Part shown: one piece after another, positions 20,147 through 31,001 of the stretch | Layout: each line of letters opens with the position of its first letter | Numbering within the stretch: position 1 is the first letter of the stretch | NCBI GenBank assembly: GCA_012960115.1 | Contig: DUBX01000030.1 | Location: 30,338-94,337 of the forward strand | Origin: Porticoccaceae bacterium | GTDB taxonomy: Bacteria > Pseudomonadota > Gammaproteobacteria > Pseudomonadales > Porticoccaceae | Length of the DNA stretch: 64,000 bases | Reading direction: 5' to 3' | The notes under the pieces: generated by a model | The model's input: only the letters and a program-made list of their open reading frames with translations | What the model was told of the DNA's origin: nothing | Databases searched by the model: none | Made by a program: the position numbers and the translations under genes

Positions 20147-21888
20147 AATTACTAAGCTTTGCACTATGTCTACTGCTGTCATTAAACTTATCAGCAAGCC
20201 CTTCAGAAGAAGAAAGACTAGCTGTGTTGTTTGATGATATTTGGCATCAAACCATGATCAGCAATCCAACTTACGCTACCTATGTCGGGTATCCAGGGCA
20301 AAATGCGCTATGGCCCAACCCGTCTCTAGCGGCACATGCTAAAAATGCTGCCGAACGGAAAGAGTTATTAAGGCAATTGAGGTCAATTGATGCTGAAAAA
20401 CTAGACACAGATCGATATTTAGAATGGATGCTAGTTGAGAAAAGCCTTTCAGACGAGGTCGCTGGACAAGCCTATCCAGAGCAGTTCATCTTGGTTCACC
20501 AGCGCACAGGTGTGCAACAAGATATTGCCGACACTCTTTCAATGATGCCGAAATTTAGTCACCAGGATTTTACAGATCGCCTGGCAAGGCTAGAAAACGC
20601 TGAAAGTTATATCCTGAGTACGATCGAAGTGCTGCGAGAGGGGCTAGCTAGGGGTATTACACCACCACAGATCACTCTGCGTGATGTGCCAGAACAAATC
20701 CGCAATACAATCCCCACAGACATAGACAAAAGTCCATTACTCAGTAGTTTCAGCGGCTTCCCAGACAGTATTGATCAGGCTGAACAAGAAAAAATAACAG
20801 CCCGTGCCCGACAAATTATCAAGCAGAAAATTTACCCCGCTTTTGAAAGCCTTCTTCATTTTCTTGAAGACGACTACATCCCGAATTCCAATGCGTCAAT
20901 TGCGCTTATTGACATGCCAAATGGAGCGAACTGGTATCGTCATCGAGCAAAAAGCTTTACCACCTCTGATCTAACGCCAAAGCAAATTCATCAGCTAGGC
21001 CTCTCTGAGGTCAAACGTATACGCAAAGAAATGGATAAGGTCATTTCCGCGTCAGGCTTTGACGGCACCTTCGACGAGTTCACTCATTTTCTTCGCACTG
21101 ATCCGCAGTTCTACATGACGTCGGCAGATGATCTTATGGTTGGCTACAGAGACATTGCCAAGAGAGCGGATCCTGAATTAGCAAAACTATTTGGCAAACT
21201 CCCCCGGATGCCCTATGGCGTGATCCCCATCCCTGACTATGCGGCTAAATCTCAAACCACGGCATACTACTGGGGCGGCTCTAGTAAAGATGGGAGACCT
21301 GGGTATTTTTACGCTAATACATATGCCCTGAACACACGCCCGACCTGGGAAATGGAGGCATTAACGTTGCATGAGGCCATGCCTGGGCACCACCTGCAAA
21401 TATCGCTTGCACAAGAACTACCTGAAACTCATCCCCTATTACAAAATTTGAGTTATACCGGATTTGTCGAAGGTTGGGGGCTATATGCCGAAAGTCTAGG
21501 CGTAGAAATGGGATTTTACACCGACCCTTACAGCAAATTTGGTCAATTAACCTATGAGATGTGGCGTGCCGTGCGCCTCGTCGTTGACACCGGCATGCAC
21601 ATGTTTGACTGGGACCGGCAAAAGGCAATTGACTATTTCGCCAACAATACGGCCAAAAGCCTTCATGATATAGAGGTCGAGATAGACCGCTACATTTCGT
21701 GGCCAGGCCAGGCTCTCGCCTATAAGATTGGTGAATTAAAATTCAAAGAGCTGCGCGCACGCGCAACGAAGAAACTCGGTACTAAATTTGATCTACGTGC
21801 GTTTCATGATCAACTTCATGTGAAAGGCGCTCTGCCTATGGATGTGCTTGATAAACGAATGGACAAGTGGATCGAAACACAGCTATAA
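20143..21888 (+). CDS. DUF885-family secreted protein (predicted Zn metallopeptidase)
   Basis: Sec signal MKLLSFALCLLLSLNLSA; LHEAMPGHHLQ, EGWGLYAE, PGQALAYKIGE; ATGA overlap with the previous gene. Confidence 0.87.
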   Translation: MKLLSFALCLLLSLNLSASPSEEERLAVLFDDIWHQTMISNPTYATYVGYPGQNALWPNPSLAAHAKNAAERKELLRQLRSIDAEKLDTDRYLEWMLVEKSLSDEVAGQAYPEQFILVHQRTGVQQDIADTLSMMPKFSHQDFTDRLARLENAESYILSTIEVLREGLARGITPPQITLRDVPEQIRNTIPTDIDKSPLLSSFSGFPDSIDQAEQEKITARARQIIKQKIYPAFESLLHFLEDDYIPNSNASIALIDMPNGANWYRHRAKSFTTSDLTPKQIHQLGLSEVKRIRKEMDKVISASGFDGTFDEFTHFLRTDPQFYMTSADDLMVGYRDIAKRADPELAKLFGKLPRMPYGVIPIPDYAAKSQTTAYYWGGSSKDGRPGYFYANTYALNTRPTWEMEALTLHEAMPGHHLQISLAQELPETHPLLQNLSYTGFVEGWGLYAESLGVEMGFYTDPYSKFGQLTYEMWRAVRLVVDTGMHMFDWDRQKAIDYFANNTAKSLHDIEVEIDRYISWPGQALAYKIGELKFKELRARATKKLGTKFDLRAFHDQLHVKGALPMDVLDKRMDKWIETQL

Positions 21889-21893
21889 AGAAT

Positions 21894-22562
21894 TTAAACC
21901 GTGCAAGCTAGAATCCGGCTGATTTCACAAAGAGATCGGCCAGACTGATCACGCAATGCACCAAAAACAGTCTCTACCTGCTTTAAATCACGCTGTGAGG
22001 TCTGGCTGATTTTGTCTACAAAACCATGGTTAACCAGCGCCGCACACACATCCTTAGTTATCAGAAAAGTATCCTTACCCATACTCCTCAACATCATCGG
22101 GCCGCTGTTCCCTCCTAGCCGGCAGCCCTTTTTCTTTAGCTCCAACCACAAACCAGTAATATTGCTGGTTGGCCATTCAGCTATAAAAGCACCGAAACTG
22201 CCATGACTACGTTGTTTATCCAAAACATAAACGGCGTTGTTCCGCACAGATACTATCTTAGTGAAATTACGCACAATACTTCTATCTTGAGCTAACTCTT
22301 CCAACCGTTCATCGCTAAAGTGGGCTACAGCCATGGGGTTAAAATTAGAAAAAGCACTTTCAAACCCAGGCCATTTGTTGTCTATCACCCGCCACACAAA
22401 TCCCGCACGAAATACGCAACGAGTCATCATTGAAAGGTATCGGTCGTCAGTTAACTCAGCCAAAACCTCAGGTGTTTTATGTTTCGGTAAAATTGCCTCG
22501 AGTAATTCGACCGAACCACGGTTTTTAACCGCTATGTCATAGATCGATTGAAATGAAGTCAT
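21894..22562 (-). CDS. DNA-3-methyladenine glycosylase I family protein
   Basis: VFRAGFVWRVIDNKWPGFESAF..F, IVRNFTKI; likely start MTSFQ at 22562. Confidence 0.82.
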   Translation of the reverse strand: MTSFQSIYDIAVKNRGSVELLEAILPKHKTPEVLAELTDDRYLSMMTRCVFRAGFVWRVIDNKWPGFESAFSNFNPMAVAHFSDERLEELAQDRSIVRNFTKIVSVRNNAVYVLDKQRSHGSFGAFIAEWPTSNITGLWLELKKKGCRLGGNSGPMMLRSMGKDTFLITKDVCAALVNHGFVDKISQTSQRDLKQVETVFGALRDQSGRSLCEISRILACTV

Positions 22563-22673
22563 TGATATTTCCTGCAATCGCTGTCGATAAAAAAAGCGAC
22601 TAGTTTAGCCCGTGCGCTTATGTGAAGCACAAAAATAAAAGCTAGAATCACTGGAGGTCATTATGTAATATTT

Positions 22674-23324
22674 TTAGCCTTGGGTAATCTGAAATATAAA
22701 GTTTGATGCAATGATAATTAATACAACCGCAAAAATCTTATCTATCACCCCACTAATCCGCTGATAACGGACAACAGACTGAAAATGTGAGAGCGTTAAA
22801 GCAACCAACAGATACCATATGGCATCAACACCACTTGCAATCAATGCCAGCGTTAGTTTTTCCCATAGATCACTTTCCAATCGAACAAACTGACTAAAAA
22901 GAGCCGTAAAAAACAAGAGAATCTTAGGGTTTATAAGAGCAATCAAAAAACCATCAGCTATCGCTTTTAGGCTAGATGATTTAGAGGCGACAGGCAATCC
23001 TGTATCAATGGAGTTCGGCGACGAAAACAGAATTTTTGCCGCCATTAGCAGCAAAAATAGACACCCTAACAATTGTGCAATATCAAATATTTCTTGATTT
23101 TTTTGAATGACCACCGCCAGGCCAAACACGGTTATAAGCGCATAAATACCTACTCCAACGCCATGACTGATCGCCGCATAACACCCAGCGGCTCGGCCAT
23201 GAGCAAGCGTATGATTGACCACTACAGCAAGACTAGGACCTGGAGACATGGCGCCCAGCGCACAGGCCAAGGTAACCGCAATCCAAAATCCGAGACTGAC
23301 TTCATTTATCCACGAAATGTCCAT
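22674..23324 (-). CDS. LysE/RhtB-family translocator
   Basis: AMSPGPS, LINPK, six hydrophobic helices. Confidence 0.88.
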   Translation of the reverse strand: MDISWINEVSLGFWIAVTLACALGAMSPGPSLAVVVNHTLAHGRAAGCYAAISHGVGVGIYALITVFGLAVVIQKNQEIFDIAQLLGCLFLLLMAAKILFSSPNSIDTGLPVASKSSSLKAIADGFLIALINPKILLFFTALFSQFVRLESDLWEKLTLALIASGVDAIWYLLVALTLSHFQSVVRYQRISGVIDKIFAVVLIIIASNFIFQITQG

Positions 23325-23758
23325 AAAGCTTTTATACAGGGATAGCCAGATAAAACAAGTTAAAACACTATTGCCTCGAATAGCCTGCAGTTATAAACGC
23401 ACCTTAAATTTGAATTAAAAAAACCAACTCGATCACGGTTTTCCGACATTATAGAAGCTAAAATAAACTAAAAATGATCTGGGTCTTACTAAGATCTTGT
23501 GTAAGTCGACCATGATCAACCGCCTAGAAAAGCTGAAATAAGAGTCTAGTAATTACTGATTAACGTAGATTTAGAGAGACCGGTTTTAAAGGAGAGCGAT
23601 ATGGAACAAATGGCGGATCCAACTCAGGGAGTTTTTACTCTCAGGGGAAAAAAGCATAGCGGAAGCCTATGTCTCGGGTTATGAGGTTTTCCGAGAGTTT
23701 GTAGCAGAGCTGCCAAACGACGAATGGGTGAACTTAATCACCACACTCGACGAGTATT

Positions 23759-24085
23759 CTACTTAAGGTTAGTCGACACTCGATCAAACAGCTCAGCTCG
23801 CTCATTAATGCTTAACATAGCTATTCGTTTATATATTTCTTCGACTGTCTCTGCTGTAGGCGTTCTGGCTGCTTTAACACCACCAGATTCATAAAGTGAC
23901 TCTGGAGTGATGCCAAAAAAATTAGCTATTCTAACGACTGAGTCTCTTCTAGGCTCACGAGTCACCTCACTAAGAATGCGGTTAATAGTGGGCTGCGGTA
24001 CCCCTGTAGCTCTCGATAGAGCGCTTTGAGACAGGTTATTATCTCTCATTAATTTCGATAACTGCTTGCTAATGTCTAACTTCAT
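23759..24085 (-). CDS. XRE-family HTH transcriptional regulator (no S24 peptidase domain)
   Basis: LSQSALSRATGVPQPTINRIL..PRRDSVVRIANFFGITPESL; strong AAGGAG SD. Confidence 0.85.
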   Translation of the reverse strand: MKLDISKQLSKLMRDNNLSQSALSRATGVPQPTINRILSEVTREPRRDSVVRIANFFGITPESLYESGGVKAARTPTAETVEEIYKRIAMLSINERAELFDRVSTNLK

Positions 24086-24328
24086 GGGATCTCTCCTTGT
24101 TCATCCACTAGGTTTAATATTATTATTTTTGTTGGTGGATGCTACTGAAACGTATATCCATTTTACCCCTAAATCAAAACCGGAGCGTAGTCTGTTTATG
24201 TTATCTTTCACGAGTTTATAAACGGGCCGTGATTATCGTATAGTTTTATATTTTAATCGATACCTTTCATGCAACGAAAATGCATTAGCTCATATCGTCT
24301 AATTATAAAAGCTTATTGACTGGGGGTT

Positions 24329-25189
24329 TTAAAGGAGACTTAACAAAATATCGGGCCGGTCAGTAATAATACCATCCACTCCAAAATTTATTGATTGACG
24401 CATAGAGCCAGGGTCATTAAGAGTCCAAGTATCGACGCGAACATTACGTGCATGCATCTGATTAACCAAACTTAGACTAAGAATATTAATAACACCATAG
24501 ATTACTGGAATATGAATAGCGTACCCCTCAATAGTAAATAAATGGCTTAGGCCCAGCTTCTCAAGTAAGACTAACTGGGTTATTTCTGTTCTTCCTAAAG
24601 ATGTCGGTATTTCCGGACACTCTCGCCTGAAGTGTTTAAGCACTTGGGTATGGAAGGAGCTCACCATTACTTGTTCCTGCATATTATGCTGGCGAACGAG
24701 GCGGCACAGGCCATTTGCTGCAGACACATCTTGCGGCTTTAGTTCAATTAGGTATCGTTGATTAGGCAGTTCTGCAAAAAGATGCCCTAAAGCTGGAACC
24801 CTAAGCGACTCTTGAGGCACTGCATCCGGATAGTCTATTTCATGGAAGCCGGCATCATAGTCTTGTATGTCAGCTAAACTCATTGCTGATATCTGACCAG
24901 TCCCATTAGTGGTCGTGTCAATCGAAGCATCATGCCTGACCACCAAAATATCATCGGCGGTTAAATGGACATCGATCTCGATAATGTCAGAGCCAATATT
25001 GACAGCATTTGTTGCAGCCTCAATGGTATTGCCAGGCATCAGCCCTCTGCCGCCTCTATGAGCAATAACCGAGAAGCCCGTATCACCATAAAAAGGAATA
25101 TCCTCCATAGGCTCGGGTTCTGGAAGTAACAACAGCACCCCATATAAACAGGCCAACACCAATACCAATTTCAAAAAATATCTCATCAT
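24329..25189 (-). CDS. Membrane-anchored glycerophosphodiester phosphodiesterase
   Basis: IAHRGG, ENT-like PGNT, IEIDVH, VVRHD, IELK, GVDGIITDRP; N-terminal TM helix. Confidence 0.88.
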   Translation of the reverse strand: MMRYFLKLVLVLACLYGVLLLLPEPEPMEDIPFYGDTGFSVIAHRGGRGLMPGNTIEAATNAVNIGSDIIEIDVHLTADDILVVRHDASIDTTTNGTGQISAMSLADIQDYDAGFHEIDYPDAVPQESLRVPALGHLFAELPNQRYLIELKPQDVSAANGLCRLVRQHNMQEQVMVSSFHTQVLKHFRRECPEIPTSLGRTEITQLVLLEKLGLSHLFTIEGYAIHIPVIYGVINILSLSLVNQMHARNVRVDTWTLNDPGSMRQSINFGVDGIITDRPDILLSLL

Positions 25190-25289
25190 TCGGCTTTTCC
25201 TTCTCCTGACATCTAACATCGATAGCCCCTTAAAGTCCCGAGAGGCACCTAAGGTAGAAAAATTGAAGTAATTTCAGTTTTTCTCCAAG

Positions 25290-27224
25290 CTATACATGAC
25301 GGTTAGCTATCAACTCATCTACCACCGATGGATCGGCAAGTGTTGATGTGTCACCAAGGTTGTCTAGCTCATTTGCAGCGACCTTTCTCAAGATACGACG
25401 CATAATTTTCCCCGATCTTGTTTTTGGCAACCCAGGCGCCCATTGAATAATGTCAGGTTTCGCAATAGGCCCAATCTCTTTAACGCACAGAGCCACCAGC
25501 TCTTTTTTAAGTGCGGCATCGGGCTCAATGTTTGTCATTGGCGTGACATAACAATAGATGCCCTGCCCCTTAATATCGTGAGGGTATCCGACCACGGCAG
25601 CCTCAGCAATAGACTCGTGAAGGACGAGAGCACTTTCAACTTCGGCTGTACCCATCCGATGCCCTGATACATTTAAAACATCATCAACGCGACCAGTAAT
25701 CCAGTAATAGCCGTCAGCGTCTCTCCGTGCACCGTCACCGGTAAAGTAATAGCCTGGGTAGGCGCTAAAATAGGTCTCAATACAGCGCTTATGGTCCCCA
25801 TAAACCGAGCGAATCTGGCTGGGCCACGACGATTTCATCATCAACAACCCTTCACCTTCACCCTCAATTTGATTCCCCTCCGTATCCAGTAAGATGGGTT
25901 CAACGCCAAAGAATGGTAACGTCGCAGATCCAGGCTTTAAATCAGTAGCGCCAGGCAAAGGCGTTAGCATGTGAGCACCTGTTTCTGTCTGCCACCAGGT
26001 ATCAATAACAGGACAGCGAGACCCACCAATCGTCTGGTAATACCACTCCCAAGCTTCAGGGTTAATCGGTTCGCCCACAGTACCCAATAACTTAAGTGAT
26101 TTTCGCGACGTCTTGTTGACGAAATCATTACCCGCACCCATCAGCGCCCGAATAGCAGTTGGTGCTGTGTAAAACTGATTAACCTGATGTTTATCAATAA
26201 TCTGCCAAAATCGTGAAGCATCTGGATAGGTTGGCACACCCTCAAACATCAGCGATATACCTCCATTACAAAGTGGGCCATAAACAATATAACTATGGCC
26301 GGTGACCCAGCCGACATCAGCGGTGCACCAATAGACGTCTCCCTCTTTATAATCGAAGGTGTACTTATGACTCATAGCCGTCATGAGCAAGTATCCGCCT
26401 GTAGTGTGCACCACACCTTTGGGCTTGCCGGTAGATCCAGAGGTATAAAGAACAAAAAGTGGATCTTCAGCATCCATTATTTCGGGTGAGCAATGAGAAG
26501 GTACATCCTCGATAGCTTGGTGATACCAAATATCTCGACCCTCGTTCCATTCCACCTTACCTTTGGTTCGCTCCACCACCAGACAGGTATGCACCTCTGG
26601 GCAGCTTTGTAACGCTCTGTCGACATTGGCCTTCAAAGGAACGATCTTACCGCCCCTATATCCTTGATCAGCTGTAATGACGACCTGACAGTCAGAATCA
26701 AGAATCCGATCTTTTAACGCATCTGGTGAAAAACCGCCAAAGACTACCGAGTGCACAGCACCAATTCGCGCACAGGCCAACATTGCGTAGGCTGCCTCAG
26801 GAATCATAGGCATATAGATACACACCCGATCACCCTTCTTTACGCCCCTTTGTCGCAAAATATTACCTAGACGGGATACCTTATTATGCAGCTCCTTGTA
26901 GGTAATTTTCTTATCTTCTATCGGTTCATCACCTTCCCAAATAAGTGCCGTTTGATCCGAACGCTCAGCAAGGTGTCGATCAATACAGTTAACTGAGACA
27001 TTTAATTTTCCACCCTCAAACCACGCTGCCTCACCCTTACCAAAATCATAATCACACACTGTTTGCCACGGGGTCTCCCAAGTCAAAAATTCAGTCGCTT
27101 GCTTAGCCCAAAATTGCTCTGGATCGTCGACAGATTCACGGTACATTTCTTGGTAGTTTTCTTTGTTGATCCAAGCTGTTTTAGCCCAGCTTTCGGGCAC
27201 CGGATATAACTTCACATCAGACAT
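25290..27224 (-). CDS. acs: Acetyl-CoA synthetase
   Basis: [43 protein letters not shown]; likely start MSDVK at 27224. Confidence 0.97.
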   Translation of the reverse strand: MSDVKLYPVPESWAKTAWINKENYQEMYRESVDDPEQFWAKQATEFLTWETPWQTVCDYDFGKGEAAWFEGGKLNVSVNCIDRHLAERSDQTALIWEGDEPIEDKKITYKELHNKVSRLGNILRQRGVKKGDRVCIYMPMIPEAAYAMLACARIGAVHSVVFGGFSPDALKDRILDSDCQVVITADQGYRGGKIVPLKANVDRALQSCPEVHTCLVVERTKGKVEWNEGRDIWYHQAIEDVPSHCSPEIMDAEDPLFVLYTSGSTGKPKGVVHTTGGYLLMTAMSHKYTFDYKEGDVYWCTADVGWVTGHSYIVYGPLCNGGISLMFEGVPTYPDASRFWQIIDKHQVNQFYTAPTAIRALMGAGNDFVNKTSRKSLKLLGTVGEPINPEAWEWYYQTIGGSRCPVIDTWWQTETGAHMLTPLPGATDLKPGSATLPFFGVEPILLDTEGNQIEGEGEGLLMMKSSWPSQIRSVYGDHKRCIETYFSAYPGYYFTGDGARRDADGYYWITGRVDDVLNVSGHRMGTAEVESALVLHESIAEAAVVGYPHDIKGQGIYCYVTPMTNIEPDAALKKELVALCVKEIGPIAKPDIIQWAPGLPKTRSGKIMRRILRKVAANELDNLGDTSTLADPSVVDELIANRHV

Positions 27225-27376
27225 AATATGACTCACTATTTTTCGACATGGTGACATCTCCGGAGGATTGCCTAGAACAATACCTGAATGACTGCTTTCA
27301 GAGCAATATACATTGCATCAAATCTTCTTATGCCCTTTCAAAAGCATAATATCTAATTTCTTCACTCGAAGCTTGT

Positions 27377-28234
27377 TTAACTCTCTTTCTTTAGGCGGGT
27401 TGGTAAGAGACTATTTTTAATCTTTTCAAGATGGGGGAGAAAATCAGGCCCACGGCGCAACGTAAATCCTGTTGCCAAAACATCTAGAATAACCAAATGC
27501 ACTATCCGTGAAGTCATGGGCATATATTCATCAGTATTTTCAGGTACATCGACATCAAGACTAATGCTACTAATAGCGGCCAACGGAGAGCCTGGCGACG
27601 TAAGGGCAATAATCGTTGCACCGTTTTCACGCGCAATCTGCACCACATCAATAATCTCTTTTGTACGTCCGGTATGGGAGATAACAAAAAACACATCGCC
27701 AGTAGTGCCTGTCGAAGCAAGCATTCGCATCATAAGCACATCATCATGAAAGGAGACCGGTAAGTTAAATCGAAAAAACTTATTCTCAGCATCTCTGGCA
27801 ACTGAACCTGAGGTACCCAAGCCGAAAAAGTAAATTCTTTTTGCTTGAATAAGCTTGTCCACCACGTTGTTGACTACCGTATGACTAATTTTGTCGCGAA
27901 CCAAGGCTAAATCGTTAATGGTGCTGTCAAAAATCTTGGGCGTGTAACTCGTCACGTCATCATCAGGATTCACATTACGATTTACAAAGCGAATCCCACT
28001 CACTAAAGATTTCGCTAGCTTAAGCTTAAAGTCAGGGAACCCAGTTGCATCAAATCGCTTACAAAATCGGTTGACGCTCGGCTCGCTCACGCTCGCTTTT
28101 TTGGCTAGCGTGGCAATACTTGAGCTGGTTGCTGCATCAGGGTCAGCAAGAATAACCCGGGCGACCTTAGTCTCTGATTTATTTAAACCCGGTAAAGCAT
28201 CAGTGATGATATTAATAAGATTCTGACTATGCAT
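27377..28234 (-). CDS. hexR: HexR (RpiR-family) regulator of glucose catabolism
   Basis: RpiR HTH VSEPSVNRFCK..GFPDFKLKLA plus SIS domain SHTGRT, PMTSRI; divergent from gap. Confidence 0.92.
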   Translation of the reverse strand: MHSQNLINIITDALPGLNKSETKVARVILADPDAATSSSIATLAKKASVSEPSVNRFCKRFDATGFPDFKLKLAKSLVSGIRFVNRNVNPDDDVTSYTPKIFDSTINDLALVRDKISHTVVNNVVDKLIQAKRIYFFGLGTSGSVARDAENKFFRFNLPVSFHDDVLMMRMLASTGTTGDVFFVISHTGRTKEIIDVVQIARENGATIIALTSPGSPLAAISSISLDVDVPENTDEYMPMTSRIVHLVILDVLATGFTLRRGPDFLPHLEKIKNSLLPTRLKKES

Positions 28235-28440
28235 TAAAGGCATCCTATTTTATTCAGTAAACTTACGTAACTATCGATTAGTTTAGTTAATTTTTAACTG
28301 AAAATCTGTAAAAAACAAAGTAATGTCATAAAAACCCATACAGTCCTCGTTAAAACCGCTTAAAATTACTGATTATTAGTAATATTACCAACATATAACT
28401 CTGATTCGTTGCTTAAAATAGCATATTTGTGTATAATTTA

Positions 28441-28455
28441 CGTTATTTTATTACG
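28441..28455. promoter_or_regulatory. Candidate HexR operator upstream of gap
   Basis: CGTTATTTTATTACG matches 12/15 positions of the site at 36727. Confidence 0.55.
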
Positions 28456-28472
28456 TAATCTAAGAGGGAATC

Positions 28473-29510
28473 ATGTATAAAATCGCCATCAATGGCTTTG
28501 GCCGCATTGGCCGCAATATTGTCAGAGCACTCTACGAGCGTCCTGACCTTCAAGACAAAATCAAAATCGTTGCTATTAATGATTTAGGTGACGTTAACAT
28601 CAGCGCCCACCTATTAGAGTTTGATACAGTGCATGGTCGCTTTAACCAACAGGTCGAAGTGGGCACGAAATCTCTATCTATTAACGGCGATCACATTCAG
28701 TGGTTCTGCGAGCGCGACCCAGCGAATATCCCTTGGGGAGATTTAGGCGTCGACCTAGTCTGCGAATGCACAGGTGTATTTACTAGCCGCGACAAGGCCG
28801 CACTCCATATCACTGGGGGAGCAAAAAAGGTATTAATCTCGGCGCCGGCATCCAATGTTGATGCCACCGTCGTTTACGGCATTAATCACAATATTTTGAC
28901 TGCCGAACATCAAATTATCTCTAACGCTTCATGCACGACTAACTGCCTCGCTCCGCTCGTCAAGCCTCTGCATGAGTCCTTGGCGATTTTGTCTGGCTAT
29001 ATGACCACAGTCCACGCCTACACCAACGACCAGCAACTTAGTGATGTTTATCACTCAGATGTCTATCGCGCGCGATCAGCAACTCACTCCATGATCCCTA
29101 CAAAAACGGGCGCTGCTGCTGCTATCGCCGATGTTATGCCAGAGCTTGCAGGCAAGCTCGACGGGCTAGCAGTGCGTGTACCGACCATTAACGTCTCTCT
29201 GGTAGATTTAACGTTTAATGCTGGCCGTGACACCTCGGTCGAAGAAGTGAACCAAATCCTCAACCAGGCTGCAGCTGGTGAACTTAGTGAAGTGCTGAGT
29301 TACTGCGACAAACCGCTAGTTTCAATCGATTACAACCATATCCCATACTCTAGTAACTTTGACTCACTGCAAACTCGCGTCAATGGTTCTCTCGTTAAAG
29401 TTATGGCTTGGTACGACAACGAGTGGGGGTTCTCTAACCGAATGCTGGATAATAGTCTCGCTCTATTAAATGCAGATAGTAGCCTCTCTCAATTGAATGC
29501 GGCAGCTTAG
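28473..29510 (+). CDS. gap: Type I glyceraldehyde-3-phosphate dehydrogenase
   Basis: [31 protein letters not shown] (GAPDH type, unlike Epd HSAMNDQ), WYDNEWGFS. Confidence 0.92.
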   Translation: MYKIAINGFGRIGRNIVRALYERPDLQDKIKIVAINDLGDVNISAHLLEFDTVHGRFNQQVEVGTKSLSINGDHIQWFCERDPANIPWGDLGVDLVCECTGVFTSRDKAALHITGGAKKVLISAPASNVDATVVYGINHNILTAEHQIISNASCTTNCLAPLVKPLHESLAILSGYMTTVHAYTNDQQLSDVYHSDVYRARSATHSMIPTKTGAAAAIADVMPELAGKLDGLAVRVPTINVSLVDLTFNAGRDTSVEEVNQILNQAAAGELSEVLSYCDKPLVSIDYNHIPYSSNFDSLQTRVNGSLVKVMAWYDNEWGFSNRMLDNSLALLNADSSLSQLNAAA

Positions 29511-29514
29511 AACG

Positions 29515-30960
29515 ATGCCTAGAAGAACTAAAATCCTCGCCACGCTGGGACCTAGCAGTAGTCATGAAAGTGTCATTAAGGCCCTAATCGTAGCCGGAGT
29601 GAACCTGTTCAGACTCAACTTCTCCCACGGAAGCGCTCAGGAACACACTGCGCGTGCAGAGTTAATTCGACGTATCAGCCTGTCACTGAAAACCCCAGTG
29701 GGAATTCTCTGTGATATGCAGGGCCCAAAAATACGTATTGGCAGTTTTATTGATGACAAAAAGGTCGATCTTATTGAAGGAAGCATATTTACGCTAGATA
29801 GCCAAGTCGACCCCCAGATGGGCGATGAAAATACCGTCTTTATTGCCAGAGACCTGTTGGAAGATATTGATACAAGCGATATTCTTCTACTTGATGATGG
29901 CCGTTTAACCTTTCAAGTTAACGTGAAAACAGCTCATGCAGTGGAATGTACCGTAATCCAAGGTGGCATTCTTTCAAGTAAAAAAGGCGTCAATAAATTT
30001 GGTGGTGGCCTTTCAGCAAAAGCACTAACAGAAAAGGACAAGGCCGACATTAAAACCGCGGCCGCACTGAATACAGATTATTTGGCTATCTCTTTTGTAC
30101 AGTCTCAAGAAGATGTTATAGAAACCAGAAAACTACTCACTGAAGCCAACAGCACTGCACACATTATTGCCAAAATTGAGCGAGCAGAGGCTATTACTGA
30201 GGAGTTTCTGCCAGGCATCATCGCCAGCGCTGATGGCGTAATGGTTGCCCGTGGTGATCTGGGCGTAGAAATTGGTGACGCCAATCTTGTAGCGGTTCAA
30301 AAACAGCTCATTGAGGCCGCTAATGCGGCTAATAAAGTGGTTATTACAGCAACCCAGATGATGGAATCAATGATCAGTGCGCCTACACCCACGCGAGCAG
30401 AAGTGTTTGATGTGGCCAATGCCGTACTCGATGGCACAGATGCTGTCATGCTATCAGCTGAAACTGCTGTCGGTAAATATCCCGTTGAAACAGTCAAAGC
30501 AATGGCAAGAGTCATTGAGGGCGCAGAGAAACATCCTCTTGCCCAGCGTTCAAAACACAGAATTGATCAAACCTTTGAGCGTATTGACGAGTCATTGGCG
30601 TTATCAGCCATGTATGTGGCGAATCACCTGAAAGGCGTAAAGGCTGTTATCTGCATGACTGAAACTGGCTTTACTCCGCTACTGATGTCACGTATCACAT
30701 CGTCCCTACCTATTTACGCCATGGCCGAAAAGCCTGGCACCTGTGAAATTACTGCGCTATATAAAGGGGTAGTTCCGGTACCTTTTAATGCATCACAACT
30801 CGACCCTTCAGAGGTGAACCACCGCGCCGTCGAAAAACTGCTTGAAGACAATGCCGTAAACGATGGCGATCTCGTTCTGGTGACCAAAGGTGACTTCGTC
30901 AATGTGCACGGCGGCACCAACACACTAAAAATTGTTAAAGTAGGTGATGTTATTCGCTAG
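29515..30960 (+). CDS. pyk: Pyruvate kinase
   Basis: RRTKILATLGP, RLNFSHG, AKIERAEA, MVARGDLGVE, DGTDAVMLSAETA. Confidence 0.96.
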   Translation: MPRRTKILATLGPSSSHESVIKALIVAGVNLFRLNFSHGSAQEHTARAELIRRISLSLKTPVGILCDMQGPKIRIGSFIDDKKVDLIEGSIFTLDSQVDPQMGDENTVFIARDLLEDIDTSDILLLDDGRLTFQVNVKTAHAVECTVIQGGILSSKKGVNKFGGGLSAKALTEKDKADIKTAAALNTDYLAISFVQSQEDVIETRKLLTEANSTAHIIAKIERAEAITEEFLPGIIASADGVMVARGDLGVEIGDANLVAVQKQLIEAANAANKVVITATQMMESMISAPTPTRAEVFDVANAVLDGTDAVMLSAETAVGKYPVETVKAMARVIEGAEKHPLAQRSKHRIDQTFERIDESLALSAMYVANHLKGVKAVICMTETGFTPLLMSRITSSLPIYAMAEKPGTCEITALYKGVVPVPFNASQLDPSEVNHRAVEKLLEDNAVNDGDLVLVTKGDFVNVHGGTNTLKIVKVGDVIR

Positions 30961-31001
30961 CTTTAATCAGGGTCTCACTCTAAAGCAATTGAAAGCCCAG
31001 C

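Noticed and set aside
27303-27316. GCAAT-N4-ATTGC palindrome upstream of acs as a sigma-54 or CRP site
   Set aside because: No GG-N10-GC spacing and no TGTGA-N6-TCACA; short enough to arise by chance
28473-29510. Calling this gene epd
   Set aside because: HAYTNDQ motif and HexR/edd context indicate GAPDH
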